DNA of 64,000 nucleotides, taken from the NCBI GenBank assembly GCA_963770895.1, contig CAVYRF010000002.1, positions 736,001 through 800,000 of the forward strand, read 5' to 3'. The notes under the pieces are model-generated. The model was not told the DNA's origin and did no database searches. It saw only the letters and a list, made by a program, of their open reading frames with translations. A program made the position numbers and the translations under genes. Shown here in pieces: positions 37,937 to 52,861 of the stretch; within the stretch, counting starts at the first letter, position 1; the number at the start of each line of letters is the position of its first letter. The stretch is from an uncultured Acidobacteriota bacterium (lineage in GTDB: Bacteria; Acidobacteriota; Thermoanaerobaculia; Multivoradales; UBA5704).

Positions 37937-38195
37937 CCTACCTCCTGGCGGAAGCGCCGCCAACGCGCTTCAAACGAAGTATGCACGCGTATATACAGAG
38001 AATCAACCCGGGAGCCGGGTAGTGGGTCAAGGCTCACTGCCGAGGTGGTGCCGGTAGTCGTTGATGTTGCCACGATGCTCCCATCCCCCTGGTGATCCCG
38101 GCCAGGCGTCTTTGTTGCCCCGGCCGCGGCGCGCCTGACGGCGCGACCGCGACCGAGCCGGGGGGGCGCGGGCGGTGCGTTCTCGAGGGTCCGGC

Positions 38196-39410
38196 TTAGC
38201 TGCCGGCGGAGGCCAGGCTTGGCAGGCGGCGGACGATCTCGGCGCGGAGGTCGTCCAGGCCTTTGCCGGTGACGGCGGAGATGCATACGGCGTCGCCGTC
38301 ATGGGGTGTGGCGTGGGCGGCGGGGAGGCGATCGCATTTGTTGAAGACGGTGATGACGCGGTTGCGATCGACGCCGAGCTCGTCCAGAACCTCGTCGGCG
38401 ACGCGCATCTGGTCGTACCACTGGGGGTGGCTGCGGTCGACCAGGTGCAGGACCAGGTCGGCGGCGGTGATTTCGCCCAGGGTGCTGCGGAAGGACGAGA
38501 CCAGGTGATGGGGGAGCTTGCGGATGAAGCCCACGGTGTCGGCAAAAACGATGGAATCGGCGGCGTGACCGGCGGTCCCGGCGGCAGGATGGCCGGCCGC
38601 GGCGGCGGCGCCGTTGCCGTCCTGGGCGACGGCGACGGCGTACGGGGCGGCGGCGCCGCCGGGATGCAGGCTGCCGCGCCTTAGCTTGGCGTCCAGGGTG
38701 GCGAAGAGGCGGTCTTCGGCCAGGGTGCCGGCGGCGGTGAGGCGGTTGAACAGGGTCGACTTGCCGGCGTTGGTGTAGCCGGTCAGGGCGACGATGGGGG
38801 TACCGCGGCGGCCGCGGCGCTGCTGGCCCCGGGTGCGATCGATGCGGGCCAGGTCGGCTTCCAGGCGGCGGATGCGGACGCGCAGCAGGCGGCGGTCTTG
38901 CTCGAGCTGCTTTTCGCCTTCTCCTCCGCGCATGCCGATGCCGCCGGCCTGGCGCGAGAGGTGGGACCAGCGGCGAGTCAGACGCGGCAGGAGGTAGTTG
39001 AGGCGGGCCAGCTCGACCTGGGTGCGGGCTTCCCGGCTTTGGGCTCGCTGGTCGAAGATCTCAAGGATGAGGCCGCTGCGGTCCAGGACGGAGAGGCTGG
39101 TGGCCTCCTCCAGCGCCTTCACCTGGCCGGCGGTCAGGTCGTCGTCGAACAGGAGCAGATCGGCCTTCAGGGCGGTGGCGGCTTCGGCGACCTCGGCGGC
39201 CTTGCCCTTGCCGATGAAGGTGGCGGGGTCGGGGGCTTGGCGGGACTGCACGGCGCGGCCGACGACCTTGGCGCCGGCCGAGGTGGCCAGCTGCGCCAGC
39301 TCGTCCAGGTGTTCTTCGACGCGCTCCATGCCGCCGGGCTGGCCGCGCAGGAAGATGCCGACCAGGAAGACCCGGCGCGAGCGCGAGCGTTCGATTTCGT
39401 GGGGGGACAA
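38196..39410 (-). CDS. hflX: GTPase HflX (start uncertain)
   Basis: EELAQLA..AG, GYTNAGKST, DRLFATLD, DTVGFI, FNKCD. Confidence 0.95.
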   Translation of the reverse strand: MSPHEIERSRSRRVFLVGIFLRGQPGGMERVEEHLDELAQLATSAGAKVVGRAVQSRQAPDPATFIGKGKAAEVAEAATALKADLLLFDDDLTAGQVKALEEATSLSVLDRSGLILEIFDQRAQSREARTQVELARLNYLLPRLTRRWSHLSRQAGGIGMRGGEGEKQLEQDRRLLRVRIRRLEADLARIDRTRGQQRRGRRGTPIVALTGYTNAGKSTLFNRLTAAGTLAEDRLFATLDAKLRRGSLHPGGAAAPYAVAVAQDGNGAAAAAGHPAAGTAGHAADSIVFADTVGFIRKLPHHLVSSFRSTLGEITAADLVLHLVDRSHPQWYDQMRVADEVLDELGVDRNRVITVFNKCDRLPAAHATPHDGDAVCISAVTGKGLDDLRAEIVRRLPSLASAGS

Positions 39411-39494
39411 AGTTGGGTTGCCGGGGTGAGCTCTTTGAGGGGTGGCGCGCGTCCTGCGGTATTCTATCCCGCAGACCTGGATGGCAGACTGACG

Positions 39495-40154
39495 ATGACC
39501 CGCGACCCTGCAGGAACAAAACGGCCGCTCGACGGCGGAAATTCCGCCCCCCCACCCGTTGCGCCACCCGCGGCGGCGACCGCTCCCCTGGCGCCGGCCG
39601 TCGGGCTCCAGGCGCGGTGGGTGGCGGCTCTGGTGACGGCGATGGCGCTGTGTGTGCTGCTGTGGCCTCGCGGCGCGGCGACGACTCCCATGGCACCTGG
39701 CGGCTTGCTGGTGGATCCGAGCGGCCAGCCGGCGCCGCTGACGGAAAACCTGGCGCCGGTGACGCTGCTCCATTTCTGGGCTACCTGGTGCCCTCCCTGC
39801 ATCGAGGAGGCACCTGCGCTGGAGCGGCTGGACCGCGCTTTTTCGGGCTATGGCGGGTTCAAGGTGCTGCGGGTGGCGGTGGCGGATTCGCCGGCGCGGG
39901 TGGATTCACTGTACGGCGGGCGCGCGCCCAGGATGCTGTATGACCCGCGCTGGGACGTGGCGCATCGGTTCGGCACCGAGCAGCTGCCGGAAACGTACCT
40001 GCTGGTGAACGGCCGCATCGTCGAGAAGTTCATCGGCGAAAACGATTGGGACGACCCGATGGTGCGCCGCAAGATCACCCTGCGTCTGGCCGACGCCGGC
40101 GCGGCAGCGGCCACGCCGGCGGCAGAGGGCCGCGGCAGCAGGACCCAGCCTTGA
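39495..40154 (+). CDS. TlpA/ResA-like membrane-anchored thioredoxin
   Basis: TM helix, HFWATWCPPC..E.P, LPETYL. Confidence 0.88.
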   Translation: MTRDPAGTKRPLDGGNSAPPPVAPPAAATAPLAPAVGLQARWVAALVTAMALCVLLWPRGAATTPMAPGGLLVDPSGQPAPLTENLAPVTLLHFWATWCPPCIEEAPALERLDRAFSGYGGFKVLRVAVADSPARVDSLYGGRAPRMLYDPRWDVAHRFGTEQLPETYLLVNGRIVEKFIGENDWDDPMVRRKITLRLADAGAAAATPAAEGRGSRTQP

Positions 40155-40837
40155 TCGGCGACCTTTACCAGGCCGGCGAGATCGCTGCCAAGATCGGCCT
40201 TTCGGCAGTGCTCGCGGGCGCCGTCGGCATCGAGCGACAGTGGACGGGCAAGTGGGCCGGCCCGCGCACCCACATGCTGATCGCGACCGGCGCGACGTTG
40301 ATCACGCATATTTCGTCGCCGGCATACACCGCCGGAGCGGCCTGGGACGGCGGCCGCCTGGCGCCGCAGATCGTCACCGGCGTCGGCTTCATCTGCGGCG
40401 GTACGATCCTGCACGCGCGCGGGGTGATCCACGGCCTGACGACGGCGGCCGGACTGTGGGTGGCGGCGGCGGTCGGCATTGCCATCGGTGCCGGCCACTA
40501 CGCCGCCGGCACGCTGACGACCCTGGCCCTGCTGACCATCCTTGCCGCCCTGCGGCCGCTGGAGGGCCGTCTGGGCCGGGGCCATACGCGCAGCGTGGTG
40601 GTGCCCATCCCGCCGGGCCAGACGGTGGCCCAGCTGGTCGACATCATCGAGACCGAGGCGATCGAAACGGAGGGGATCGAAGTGGCGCGCGGCACGTCGC
40701 CGCTGCAGGTCACCGTCAAGGTGCGCGGCGGTCCGGAAGGCGCCCGCCGGTTCATCGAGGCAGTGTGTGTCGGCGGCTTTGACGCGGTGGACGAATCCAC
40801 GCCGGTCCGGCCGCTGGTCCCGCCCCCATCGGTCTGA
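40151..40837 (+). CDS. MgtC/SapB family membrane protein
   Basis: GIERQ...AGPRTHMLI, QIVTGVGFICGGTI, GLTTAAGLW. Confidence 0.9.
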   Translation: MIGDLYQAGEIAAKIGLSAVLAGAVGIERQWTGKWAGPRTHMLIATGATLITHISSPAYTAGAAWDGGRLAPQIVTGVGFICGGTILHARGVIHGLTTAAGLWVAAAVGIAIGAGHYAAGTLTTLALLTILAALRPLEGRLGRGHTRSVVVPIPPGQTVAQLVDIIETEAIETEGIEVARGTSPLQVTVKVRGGPEGARRFIEAVCVGGFDAVDESTPVRPLVPPPSV

Positions 40838-40933
40838 ACCGATCTGAGCCACGGCGGGCGGCCGCCGCCGCGGTGAGCCGCTTGCTCGCTGTCGCCGGCT
40901 CTGCCGCGGCGGGGTAACGCTCCCGCTCCTGCG

Positions 40934-41515
40934 CTAGAAGTGAAACGCCAGGCCGCCGTGCGCCATGGCGAAGATGTGCGAGCGGGTCAGCTCGGCGTAA
41001 TGCCCGGACACTTCCAGGGTGACGCCCAGGCGGCGGGTGGCCCTGAACTCTCCGGTGAGCCCGACGACGCCGCCGACCGCCGTCCTGGACGACGAGGTGC
41101 CGGTGTCGATGTCGATGCCGCTCAAGCGGTAGGCGCCAATCCCCAGGTAGACCCCCGAATCGTAGTAGCTCTCTTCGTACATGTACTGGCCGGAGAGCGT
41201 AAGGTACGACAGGTCGGCTCCCAGCTTGCTGCCGAAGACCGTCTGGTTGTTGCCCAGGCTGAGCTGCCCGAAGCGCACGCCCAGCAGCGTCCGCGGCTCG
41301 GTCAGCGCCAGGCCTTCGATTTGCCAGCTGCCGTTGTCGAAGCTGCGGCTTCCCGGCGAGACGTCGAGGGAACCGCCCAGGCCTCCGGCCACTCCGACGG
41401 TCCAGCTGTAGAGGTCTTGCGCGGATGCCGCCGCGGGGAGCGCCAGGGCGCCCAGGACCGCGAGCAGCGCCAAGACGGACAGGTGGGCCGAACCAGAACG
41501 ACGATGACCGATCAA
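40934..41515 (-). CDS. Outer-membrane beta-barrel protein
   Basis: Signal peptide, alternating strands, C-terminal GLAFHF. Confidence 0.7.
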   Translation of the reverse strand: MIGHRRSGSAHLSVLALLAVLGALALPAAASAQDLYSWTVGVAGGLGGSLDVSPGSRSFDNGSWQIEGLALTEPRTLLGVRFGQLSLGNNQTVFGSKLGADLSYLTLSGQYMYEESYYDSGVYLGIGAYRLSGIDIDTGTSSSRTAVGGVVGLTGEFRATRRLGVTLEVSGHYAELTRSHIFAMAHGGLAFHF

Positions 41516-41655
41516 GGGCAATCCCTCCTTTGGTTGCTGCCTGCGTACCGCCCAACGCGGCCGAGGCTCCTGAAATGGAGCTCCGGCCGCGCCGCTGCGA
41601 GACGCCGTGCAGTATACAGGCGACGGCCCTCGCGGGCCGTCCCAGAGCGTGCTTG

Positions 41656-43116
41656 CTACCGCCACAGACCGGTGGCGCTGCTGCCGTTGCCGGTCGCGCC
41701 GGCCGCGTCTCCCTGCCCGCGCTGGCCATCTCCGCCCAGCGCGATCCCGCCGGCGGCGGCGACGGCCCTGCTGTCGGCCCCTGCCGCGCCGCCCACGTCC
41801 GCCATATCGGCCATAGCGGCGGCGGGAGTGGCGGCAAAGGCGCGGCCGAACACCCCGCCCGGCGCGCTCAGCGCCACCACGAAGGCGCCGTCGACGCCGA
41901 CGCCGGTGATGGCGGGCCGCAGCGTCGTCAGGTCGCCGGGGCTGCCGCGGTAGACCACGAACTCGTCGGTGAGCGCGCCGCCGGTGCTATCGGAGAAGCG
42001 ACGCCCCCGCACGCCGTTGACGCCGCCGGGGGTGCCCTCCCAGACCACGACGTAGGCGCCGGTGGGGTCGTGGAAGAGCGCCGGATGGCTCTGCTGCTGG
42101 TCGGTCACCTGGTTGACCAGCTGCGGCGTGCCGATCGCCCGTCCCAGGCGGGTGAAGCGCTGCGCCACGATGTCGGTTCCGGCCACCGCCGGGGCCTGGT
42201 CGGTCTGCCAGGCCACCATGTAGGTGTTGCCCGGCCCGCACGAGATCGCGACCGAGGATTCGCTGGCGAGCGCCGGCGCCACCACCTGCTCGTCGCCGAT
42301 CGCCACGCCGGCAGGCGTCAGCCGCCGCACGGCGACGCCCGCCAGGTTGGGTTCAAACGGCTGTAGCGAGTTGGCGAACGTCCAGGCCGCGTGGATGCGG
42401 CCGCTGCCGCTGACGCACAGGCTGGGCCGGTCGGTCAGCGCCAGGCCGGTGCTCAGCTGGATCTCCGCGCCGGCCGCGGCTCCGGCGGCGTCGAACAGCC
42501 GCGCCATGACCCGCGGCGGACCGCTGGCCTGGGCGCCCGTCGGCAGTGCGATCCACGCCACCACGAAGCCGCCATCGGGAGTGGCGGCCACTGCCGGCCG
42601 CGAATCGGCAGGGGTCGCCGGCGAACCCGAAGGGTCGGAGGCCACGACGATCGTGCCACCCACCGGCCGGCCGCGCGGGGCGTAGCGCTGCGCCAGGACG
42701 GTGCTCTGATCGCCGGCCTGGCTGGTCCACACCACGACGTAACGCCCCTGGGTGTCGGCGACGGCGGCGGCGGCGGTCTGCGGCGGCTGCGAGCCTGTCG
42801 GCTCCGGCAGCGCGAAGTCACCGCCCAGCGGCGCATCGCTGGCGCCGAAGATCCGGCCGAAGACGTCCTGCTGCACGACGTCGGTCAGGGCGTCCCACGC
42901 CGCCAGAAATCCGCCGCCGGCGTTGCCCGCCACCACCGGATCGTTTTGCACGCAGTCGCTGCAGCTGCTGAGCGAGAAGACCGGTCCCGCCGCCGGTTGC
43001 GCCGCGGCTGCGGCGACCGGCGCCGCGACGGCGAGGGTCAGCAACAGCGGCGCGAGCGCTCGGGCGCCGGCCGCCAGATTCCGGCACGACATGTTGATCC
43101 TGTCTTGGAGCTTCAT
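41656..43116 (-). CDS. Secreted repeat (beta-propeller-like) protein
   Basis: Signal peptide; repeated P.VA....G.FVVAW......V.ARRF units. Confidence 0.7.
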   Translation of the reverse strand: MKLQDRINMSCRNLAAGARALAPLLLTLAVAAPVAAAAAQPAAGPVFSLSSCSDCVQNDPVVAGNAGGGFLAAWDALTDVVQQDVFGRIFGASDAPLGGDFALPEPTGSQPPQTAAAAVADTQGRYVVVWTSQAGDQSTVLAQRYAPRGRPVGGTIVVASDPSGSPATPADSRPAVAATPDGGFVVAWIALPTGAQASGPPRVMARLFDAAGAAAGAEIQLSTGLALTDRPSLCVSGSGRIHAAWTFANSLQPFEPNLAGVAVRRLTPAGVAIGDEQVVAPALASESSVAISCGPGNTYMVAWQTDQAPAVAGTDIVAQRFTRLGRAIGTPQLVNQVTDQQQSHPALFHDPTGAYVVVWEGTPGGVNGVRGRRFSDSTGGALTDEFVVYRGSPGDLTTLRPAITGVGVDGAFVVALSAPGGVFGRAFAATPAAAMADMADVGGAAGADSRAVAAAGGIALGGDGQRGQGDAAGATGNGSSATGLWR

Positions 43117-43269
43117 TGCAAACCTCCATGGGTCTGAATGCTTCGTTTGCCTTTCGGCTGGCGGCCAACCATCTGCATTCATCTACGGAGGCGAAGCGGC
43201 CGGCGTCCAGCGCGCGCCGGTTGCCGGCGAGACAGGTGCGGTGTCTAAAGCGTGCAGAGGAGGAACCGC

Positions 43270-44124
43270 ATGCCGCCGATCCGGAACATCGCCAACGACC
43301 CCCGCTACTACCAGATGGCGGTCCTCGGATCGCTGCTCGTCTACGGCATCCTTGGGCTGGACTTCGAGGTGCGAGCGCCGCAGGCGCTGGCCATCGCCGC
43401 CGCCGCGCTCGCCACCCAGTTTGCCTGCACTCGCTGGGCGCTGCCGCGGGCACCGGGCGCACCGCCGCCGCGCTGCGACCCCAGGAGCGCCGCCATCACC
43501 ATCCTCTCCCTCTGCCTGCTGCTGCGCACCGACCAGCTGGCCCTGGCCGTCGCCGCGGCGGTCCTCGCCATTGCCAGCAAGTTCTTCCTGCGGGTGGGGG
43601 CCAAGCACGTGTTCAACCCCACCAACTTCGCCCTGGTCGCCCTGATGCTCGCGACGCGCGGCCGCGTCTGGATCTCGCCCGGTCAGTGGGGGAGCACGGC
43701 GCTGCTCGGCTTTGGCGTGCTCTGCCTCGGCGGCCTGGTGGTGGCGCGCTCGTCGCGCGCCGACGTGACCTGGGCGTTTCTGGCGGCCTACGGCTCCCTG
43801 CTGCTGGGGCGCGCCCTGTGGCTCGGCCAGCCGCTTGCGATCCCGCTCCACCAGCTACAGAGCGGCGCCTTCCTGATCTTCACTTTCTTCATGATCTCGG
43901 ACCCCAAGACCACCCCCGACTCGCGCGCCGGCCGCATCGTGTTCGCGATTTTGGTGGCCGCCGGCGCCGGCTGGGTGCAGTTCGCGCTGTACCGCCCGAC
44001 CGCGCTTCTCATCTCCCTTGCCTTTCTGGCTCCCCTGGTGCCGGTGATCGACCGGGTGCTGCCGGGCAAGGTTTACGCTTGGCCGCAGCTCATCCTGCTG
44101 CGTGCGGAAAGGAGTCTCGCATGA
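43270..44124 (+). CDS. RnfD/NqrB-like membrane protein
   Basis: SKFFLR...KHVFNPTNF, FFMISDPKTTP. Confidence 0.8.
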   Translation: MPPIRNIANDPRYYQMAVLGSLLVYGILGLDFEVRAPQALAIAAAALATQFACTRWALPRAPGAPPPRCDPRSAAITILSLCLLLRTDQLALAVAAAVLAIASKFFLRVGAKHVFNPTNFALVALMLATRGRVWISPGQWGSTALLGFGVLCLGGLVVARSSRADVTWAFLAAYGSLLLGRALWLGQPLAIPLHQLQSGAFLIFTFFMISDPKTTPDSRAGRIVFAILVAAGAGWVQFALYRPTALLISLAFLAPLVPVIDRVLPGKVYAWPQLILLRAERSLA

Positions 44125-45554
44125 GGCATCATCCTGGAAGCTCCGCGCCGTCGCCGGCGCCGGCGCGATCGGCTGCGGCGCGGCTGGCGCGGCGTGTCGC
44201 CTGCGGCCTGCTGGTCCTGGCAGGCGGCGCCGGCATGGCCTACGGTTTCTGTGGGTTTTATGTTGCCAAGGCCGACAGTCATCTTTACAACCAAGCATCG
44301 CAAGTGGTGCTGGTGCGCGACGGCGACCGCACCGTGATGACCATGGCCAACGATTTCAAGGGCGATCCAAAGGAGTTTGCCGTCGTCATCCCGGTGCCCA
44401 TAGTGCTGCAACGCGAGCAGATCCACGTCGCCGACAAGGCGCTGATCGATCACCTGGACGCTTACTCGGCGCCGCGCCTGGTGGAATACTTCGATCCCGA
44501 CCCCTGCGCGCCGATGTACGAGACCAAGGCGATGCGCGCCGCGCCGGCGGCACCCCAGATCTCGGTGGGTGGCAATATCGCCGACCGGGCCCACGCCCTG
44601 GGCGTGACCATCGAGGCCACCTACACCGTCGGCGAGTACGACATCCTGATCCTGTCGGCGAAGCAGAGCGACGGCCTGACCACCTGGCTGCGCGAAAGCG
44701 GCTACAAGGTGCCGGCGGGCGCCCTGCCGGTGCTGGGCAGCTACATCCGGCAAGGGCTGCATTTCTTTGTCGCCAAGGTGAACCTGACGGCACAGTCGAA
44801 GCTCGGCTTCACCTTCCTGCGGCCGCTGCAGGTGGCGTATGAATCGCCCCGTTTCATGCTGCCGATCCGCCTGGGCATGGTCAACGCCGCGGGCCCCCAG
44901 GAGCTGTTCATCTATGCGGTGACCCGCCACGGGCGCGTCGAGACGACCAACTACCGCACCGTCAAGATGCCCCAGGGCGAAGAGGTGCCGCTGTTTGTAA
45001 AGGATCAGTTCGGGACCTTCTACAAGGCGATGTTCTCCCACCAGGTAGAGCGCGAGGGCATGCGCACGGTGTTCGCCGAATACGCCTGGGACATGGGGTG
45101 GTGCGACCCCTGCGCCGCCGAGCCGCTGTCGCGGCAGGAGCTGCGCAATCTCGGCGTGTTCTGGCTGCAGCCCGACGAAGGCAACGGCGACAACGGTCCG
45201 GTCCTCAGGCGACCCGGCGGGCGCGGGCCGGTCAACGGCGAGGTCTTTCTGACCCGGCTGCACGTGCGCTACGACGCCGAGCACTTCCCCGAGGACCTGG
45301 CCTTCCAGGAGACCGGCGACCGAGACAACTTTCAGGGCCGCTTCATCATCAGCCATCCCTGGACGCGCGGCGCCACCTGCGAGGCGGCCGCACCCTACCA
45401 GCGCCAGCTGCACGAGCGCTGGGACCGCGAGGCGCAGAACCTGGCCAATCTCACCGGGTGGGGCATCGACGACATCCGCCGCCAGATGAATCTGCGCGCG
45501 GCGAGCGCGCCTGCAAGCGAGCAGCCGTGGTGGAAGAGCCTGTGGAATCAGTGA
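44121..45554 (+). CDS. DUF2330 domain exported protein
   Basis: AYGFCGFYVA, FAVVIPVP, SAPRLVEYFDPDPC, FLTRLH. Confidence 0.8.
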   Translation: MRHHPGSSAPSPAPARSAAARLARRVACGLLVLAGGAGMAYGFCGFYVAKADSHLYNQASQVVLVRDGDRTVMTMANDFKGDPKEFAVVIPVPIVLQREQIHVADKALIDHLDAYSAPRLVEYFDPDPCAPMYETKAMRAAPAAPQISVGGNIADRAHALGVTIEATYTVGEYDILILSAKQSDGLTTWLRESGYKVPAGALPVLGSYIRQGLHFFVAKVNLTAQSKLGFTFLRPLQVAYESPRFMLPIRLGMVNAAGPQELFIYAVTRHGRVETTNYRTVKMPQGEEVPLFVKDQFGTFYKAMFSHQVEREGMRTVFAEYAWDMGWCDPCAAEPLSRQELRNLGVFWLQPDEGNGDNGPVLRRPGGRGPVNGEVFLTRLHVRYDAEHFPEDLAFQETGDRDNFQGRFIISHPWTRGATCEAAAPYQRQLHERWDREAQNLANLTGWGIDDIRRQMNLRAASAPASEQPWWKSLWNQ

Positions 45555-46048
45555 GCGGCAGGTGGCGGTGTCGCCGGTGCCGGATTCGGCGCCGGCGCCG
45601 GGGACGCAGCGGGCGGCGCACCCGCGTCACCCGGTCCGGCGCCGTGGGCGGCGTGGCGCCGGTGCTCCAGGCGGGACTGGGCGCGCTCTTCCAGGAAGCG
45701 CTGATACTGCTGCCGCTGCTCGGCGTCGAGCACCTGGCCGATGCGGTCCTGGGAGCTCTTGACCACCGCGGCGATCTTGGGGCGCACTTCCTGGAAGAGC
45801 GCCCAGGTTTCGCGATGGGTGTCGGCCAGGATGGCGTCGATCTGCTGCTCCTGCTCGGGGCGCAGCTGGAGACGGCGCTTCAGCTCCCCCTCCAGCGCCT
45901 GGATGCGCTCCGCTTCCATGGCATGGATGCCTGCGACGCCGCCCGTGCGCACCCGGCGATGCAGCAGCAGGTTTGCACCCAGGGCACCCACCACGACGCC
46001 CACCAGAAAGAGCGCGACGACCGTGCCGACGGCGGCCGGTCGCTTCAT
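45548..46048 (-). CDS. Periplasmic helical protein (Spy/CpxP-like)
   Basis: TM helix, L.LRPEQ.QQI..IL, VLDAEQRQQY; third gene of the ECF unit. Confidence 0.65.
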   Translation of the reverse strand: MKRPAAVGTVVALFLVGVVVGALGANLLLHRRVRTGGVAGIHAMEAERIQALEGELKRRLQLRPEQEQQIDAILADTHRETWALFQEVRPKIAAVVKSSQDRIGQVLDAEQRQQYQRFLEERAQSRLEHRRHAAHGAGPGDAGAPPAASPAPAPNPAPATPPPAAH

Positions 46049-46091
46049 GCGCGGCACTCCGTCCGCGCTGCCGCTTCACCCCGGCGGGGCG

Positions 46092-46563
46092 TCACTGCGT
46101 CGCCTCGGCCGAAGCCGAGGACCAGGCGACCAGCTGATCGGGGCTGGGCTCCTCCAGCAGCAGCTGCGGCGGCGCGGCGGCAGCGGCGACGGTAGCCGGC
46201 GCCGGTGCGGGCGAAGAGGTGGTGAACCCCAGAAAGGCCAGGGCCACGGCCAGCCCCAGGGCGGCCGGCAGAGCGCGGAAGGCCGCCCAGCCCAGCAGCT
46301 CCGAGGGGCGCTCGATGCGCGCCGCGACGCGCAGCGCAAAATTGGCGTCCGGCAGCACCGCCGCCCAGGCAGGCGTCGCCGGTTCGGCGAGGACCTGCCG
46401 CGCCAGCTGCAACCGCCGGGCGAAGTCGGCGCAAGCGGCACAGCCGTCCAGGTGGGCGGCGACCTGCACGGGAGCCGGTCGACCGGCCGCAGCGAGCCGC
46501 GCACGCACCTGCCGGCAGACCGCAGCGTTCCGGGTGCCCCTGGGTTCCATCGTGGCGCTCATG
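46092..46563 (-). CDS. Zinc-finger anti-sigma factor
   Basis: HLDGCAAC (HxxxCxxC) plus TM helix, directly after the ECF sigma. Confidence 0.8.
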
Positions 46564-46566
46564 GTC

Positions 46567-47181
46567 TCATCCCTCCTCGAGCACCCGCCGCAGACGCTGG
46601 CGGGCTCGATGCGCACGGACCTTGACGTTGACCTGACTCCAGCCGAGACGTTCCGCGATCTCGGCCACCGACCAGCCTTCGGCTTCCAGCAGCACCAGCA
46701 TGAAACGGTCGGCGGGCGTCAGGCGGGTGAGCAGCCGTTCGACCTCCAACCTGGCGGTGGGATCGGTTTCGGGCGCCGCCACCTCTTCCATGTCGCCGGC
46801 GCCGCCCTGCGCCCACGCCCGCCCTGGGCTGCTTGCCCCCGGCGAGCTTGCCGCGGCCCCCGGTTGCACCGCCGCGCGATGATCGTGACGCCGCAACCGA
46901 TCGTAGGAGCAGCGCAGGCACAGACGCGTCAGCCAGTGCTCAAAGGGCGCCCGCGCGCTGTAGGTGCCGAGCTTCAGCCAGGCGCGCAGGAAGGTTTCCT
47001 GGGCTACTTCTTCGACGTCCTGCGGCTGGCGGAAAAAGCGGCCGACCAGCCGGAAGACGCGCGCCTGATACCGCCGCACCAGGACGGCAAAGGCCTCCCC
47101 GTCGCCGCCCATGCTGGCGCGGATCAGAGCGGCTTCACCGTCTTCGCTGCGCTCGCTGCCGGCGAGCGGCTCAAGGGTCAT
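46567..47181 (-). CDS. ECF RNA polymerase sigma factor (start uncertain)
   Basis: GDGEAF..LVRRY, EEVAQETFLRAW, EIAERLG.S..NVKVRAHRAR. Confidence 0.92.
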   Translation of the reverse strand: MTLEPLAGSERSEDGEAALIRASMGGDGEAFAVLVRRYQARVFRLVGRFFRQPQDVEEVAQETFLRAWLKLGTYSARAPFEHWLTRLCLRCSYDRLRRHDHRAAVQPGAAASSPGASSPGRAWAQGGAGDMEEVAAPETDPTARLEVERLLTRLTPADRFMLVLLEAEGWSVAEIAERLGWSQVNVKVRAHRARQRLRRVLEEG

Positions 47182-47391
47182 CCATGCGTCCACAGCCTGC
47201 ATGCCGGCGTCTCCATGCTCCCTCAACATTCTAGACGAGCCCACGGCCCTGCCGGTTACGCCCCGCTGCTGCGAGCGGCTAAGCAGCCTAGCCCGTTCGC
47301 TCCAAAGCTGGCCGGGCCGGGCCGCTACTGTCCATCGGGTTCGCTCCGCAGCGCCCGCTGGGACAGCCTGGCGCATGATGGAGCCCGGCCC

Positions 47392-47427
47392 AAAAAAACG
47401 ACAGCCCGCGATTCCTCGCGGGCTGTT
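47392..47427 (-). terminator. Rho-independent terminator of the rRNA operon
   Basis: ACAGCCCGCGA-GGAA-TCGCGGGCTGT followed by a T7 run on the minus strand. Confidence 0.85.
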
Positions 47428-47441
47428 CAACAAGATTAGCT

Positions 47442-47558
47442 TCCCGGCAACGACCTACTCTCCCACACACTTTCGCATGCAGTACCATCGGCGCTGAGGG
47501 GCTTAACTGCCGTGTTCGGAATGGGAACGGGTGTTTCCCCCTCGCCACAGCCACCGGA
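47442..47558 (-). rRNA. rrf: 5S rRNA
   Basis: Conserved CCCGTTCCCATTCCGAACACGG...GGGAGAGTAGGTCGTTGCCGG on minus. Confidence 0.95.
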
Positions 47559-47653
47559 AAAGCGTCAAACTGAAAAAGAACAGATGAATCTGTATCTTTG
47601 AAACTGAATCGGGTCAGTAGCGATAGGAACCGCCGGCTGGAGAGCGAACAATT

Positions 47654-50632
<2,979 letters not shown>

Positions 50633-50861
50633 AAACTTGAGTTCTCTTCATCCGGCGAATCCTATCGCTTCTAACCCGATTCAGTTGTCAATGAACCCGT
50701 AAGGATCGTTGAGATCCGCGGTGCGCTTCCCCACCGGCATTGCTGCCGCGGCAAGCGCACCGCGCATCGTCAACTCACGTCACGTCTTCGCAAAGAACCT
50801 TGGCGCCACACAGGCCGCCTGCCAACTTTCCCCGGTCGCCAGCCAGCTTCGATTACGGAGC

Positions 50862-50937
50862 TGGTGGAGCTGATCGGGTTCGAACCGATGACCTCCGCCT
50901 TGCAAGGGCGGCGCTCTCCCAACTGAGCTACAGCCCC
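50862..50937 (-). tRNA. tRNA-Ala(TGC)
   Basis: Cloverleaf with TTGCAAG anticodon loop and CCA end, in the ITS. Confidence 0.97.
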
Positions 50938-50965
50938 CCGGGCTTTCAAGTCGATCACGCCGATA

Positions 50966-51042
<77 letters not shown>

Positions 51043-51162
51043 AGAGAGGGAACGCGCGCGCGCCGATTCCCTGGAAACTGAATAGAGGAAGGAGGTCAAC
51101 GCTTCGACCTAGAGTCAGCCGTCGTTCACCCGCGAAGGGCTTCGGACGGACATGCTCCTTAG

Positions 51163-52723
<1,561 letters not shown>

Positions 52724-52861
52724 GAATCCATCTTCCGCCGAGGTCGGCTAAGTGACCCTCGACGGCTCGTTTTTCATTCGGAATCTCGGATCGTCCACGC
52801 CATCCTCTTGCGAGGCTTGCGCAGACGTCAGAGTTCAGTCGTTGACTTTTCCTCTATTCAG

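Larger units (their letters stand above)
37171..38151. repeat. 38-bp identical direct repeats (37171-37208, 38114-38151) flanking vapBC
   Basis: GTTGCCCCGGCCGCGGCGCGCCTGACGGCGCGACCGCG twice, each with an internal hairpin. Confidence 0.9.

Noticed and set aside
50716-50765. Strong GC hairpin in the 16S-23S spacer
   Set aside because: Ordinary ITS secondary structure; no evidence for a separate RNA.
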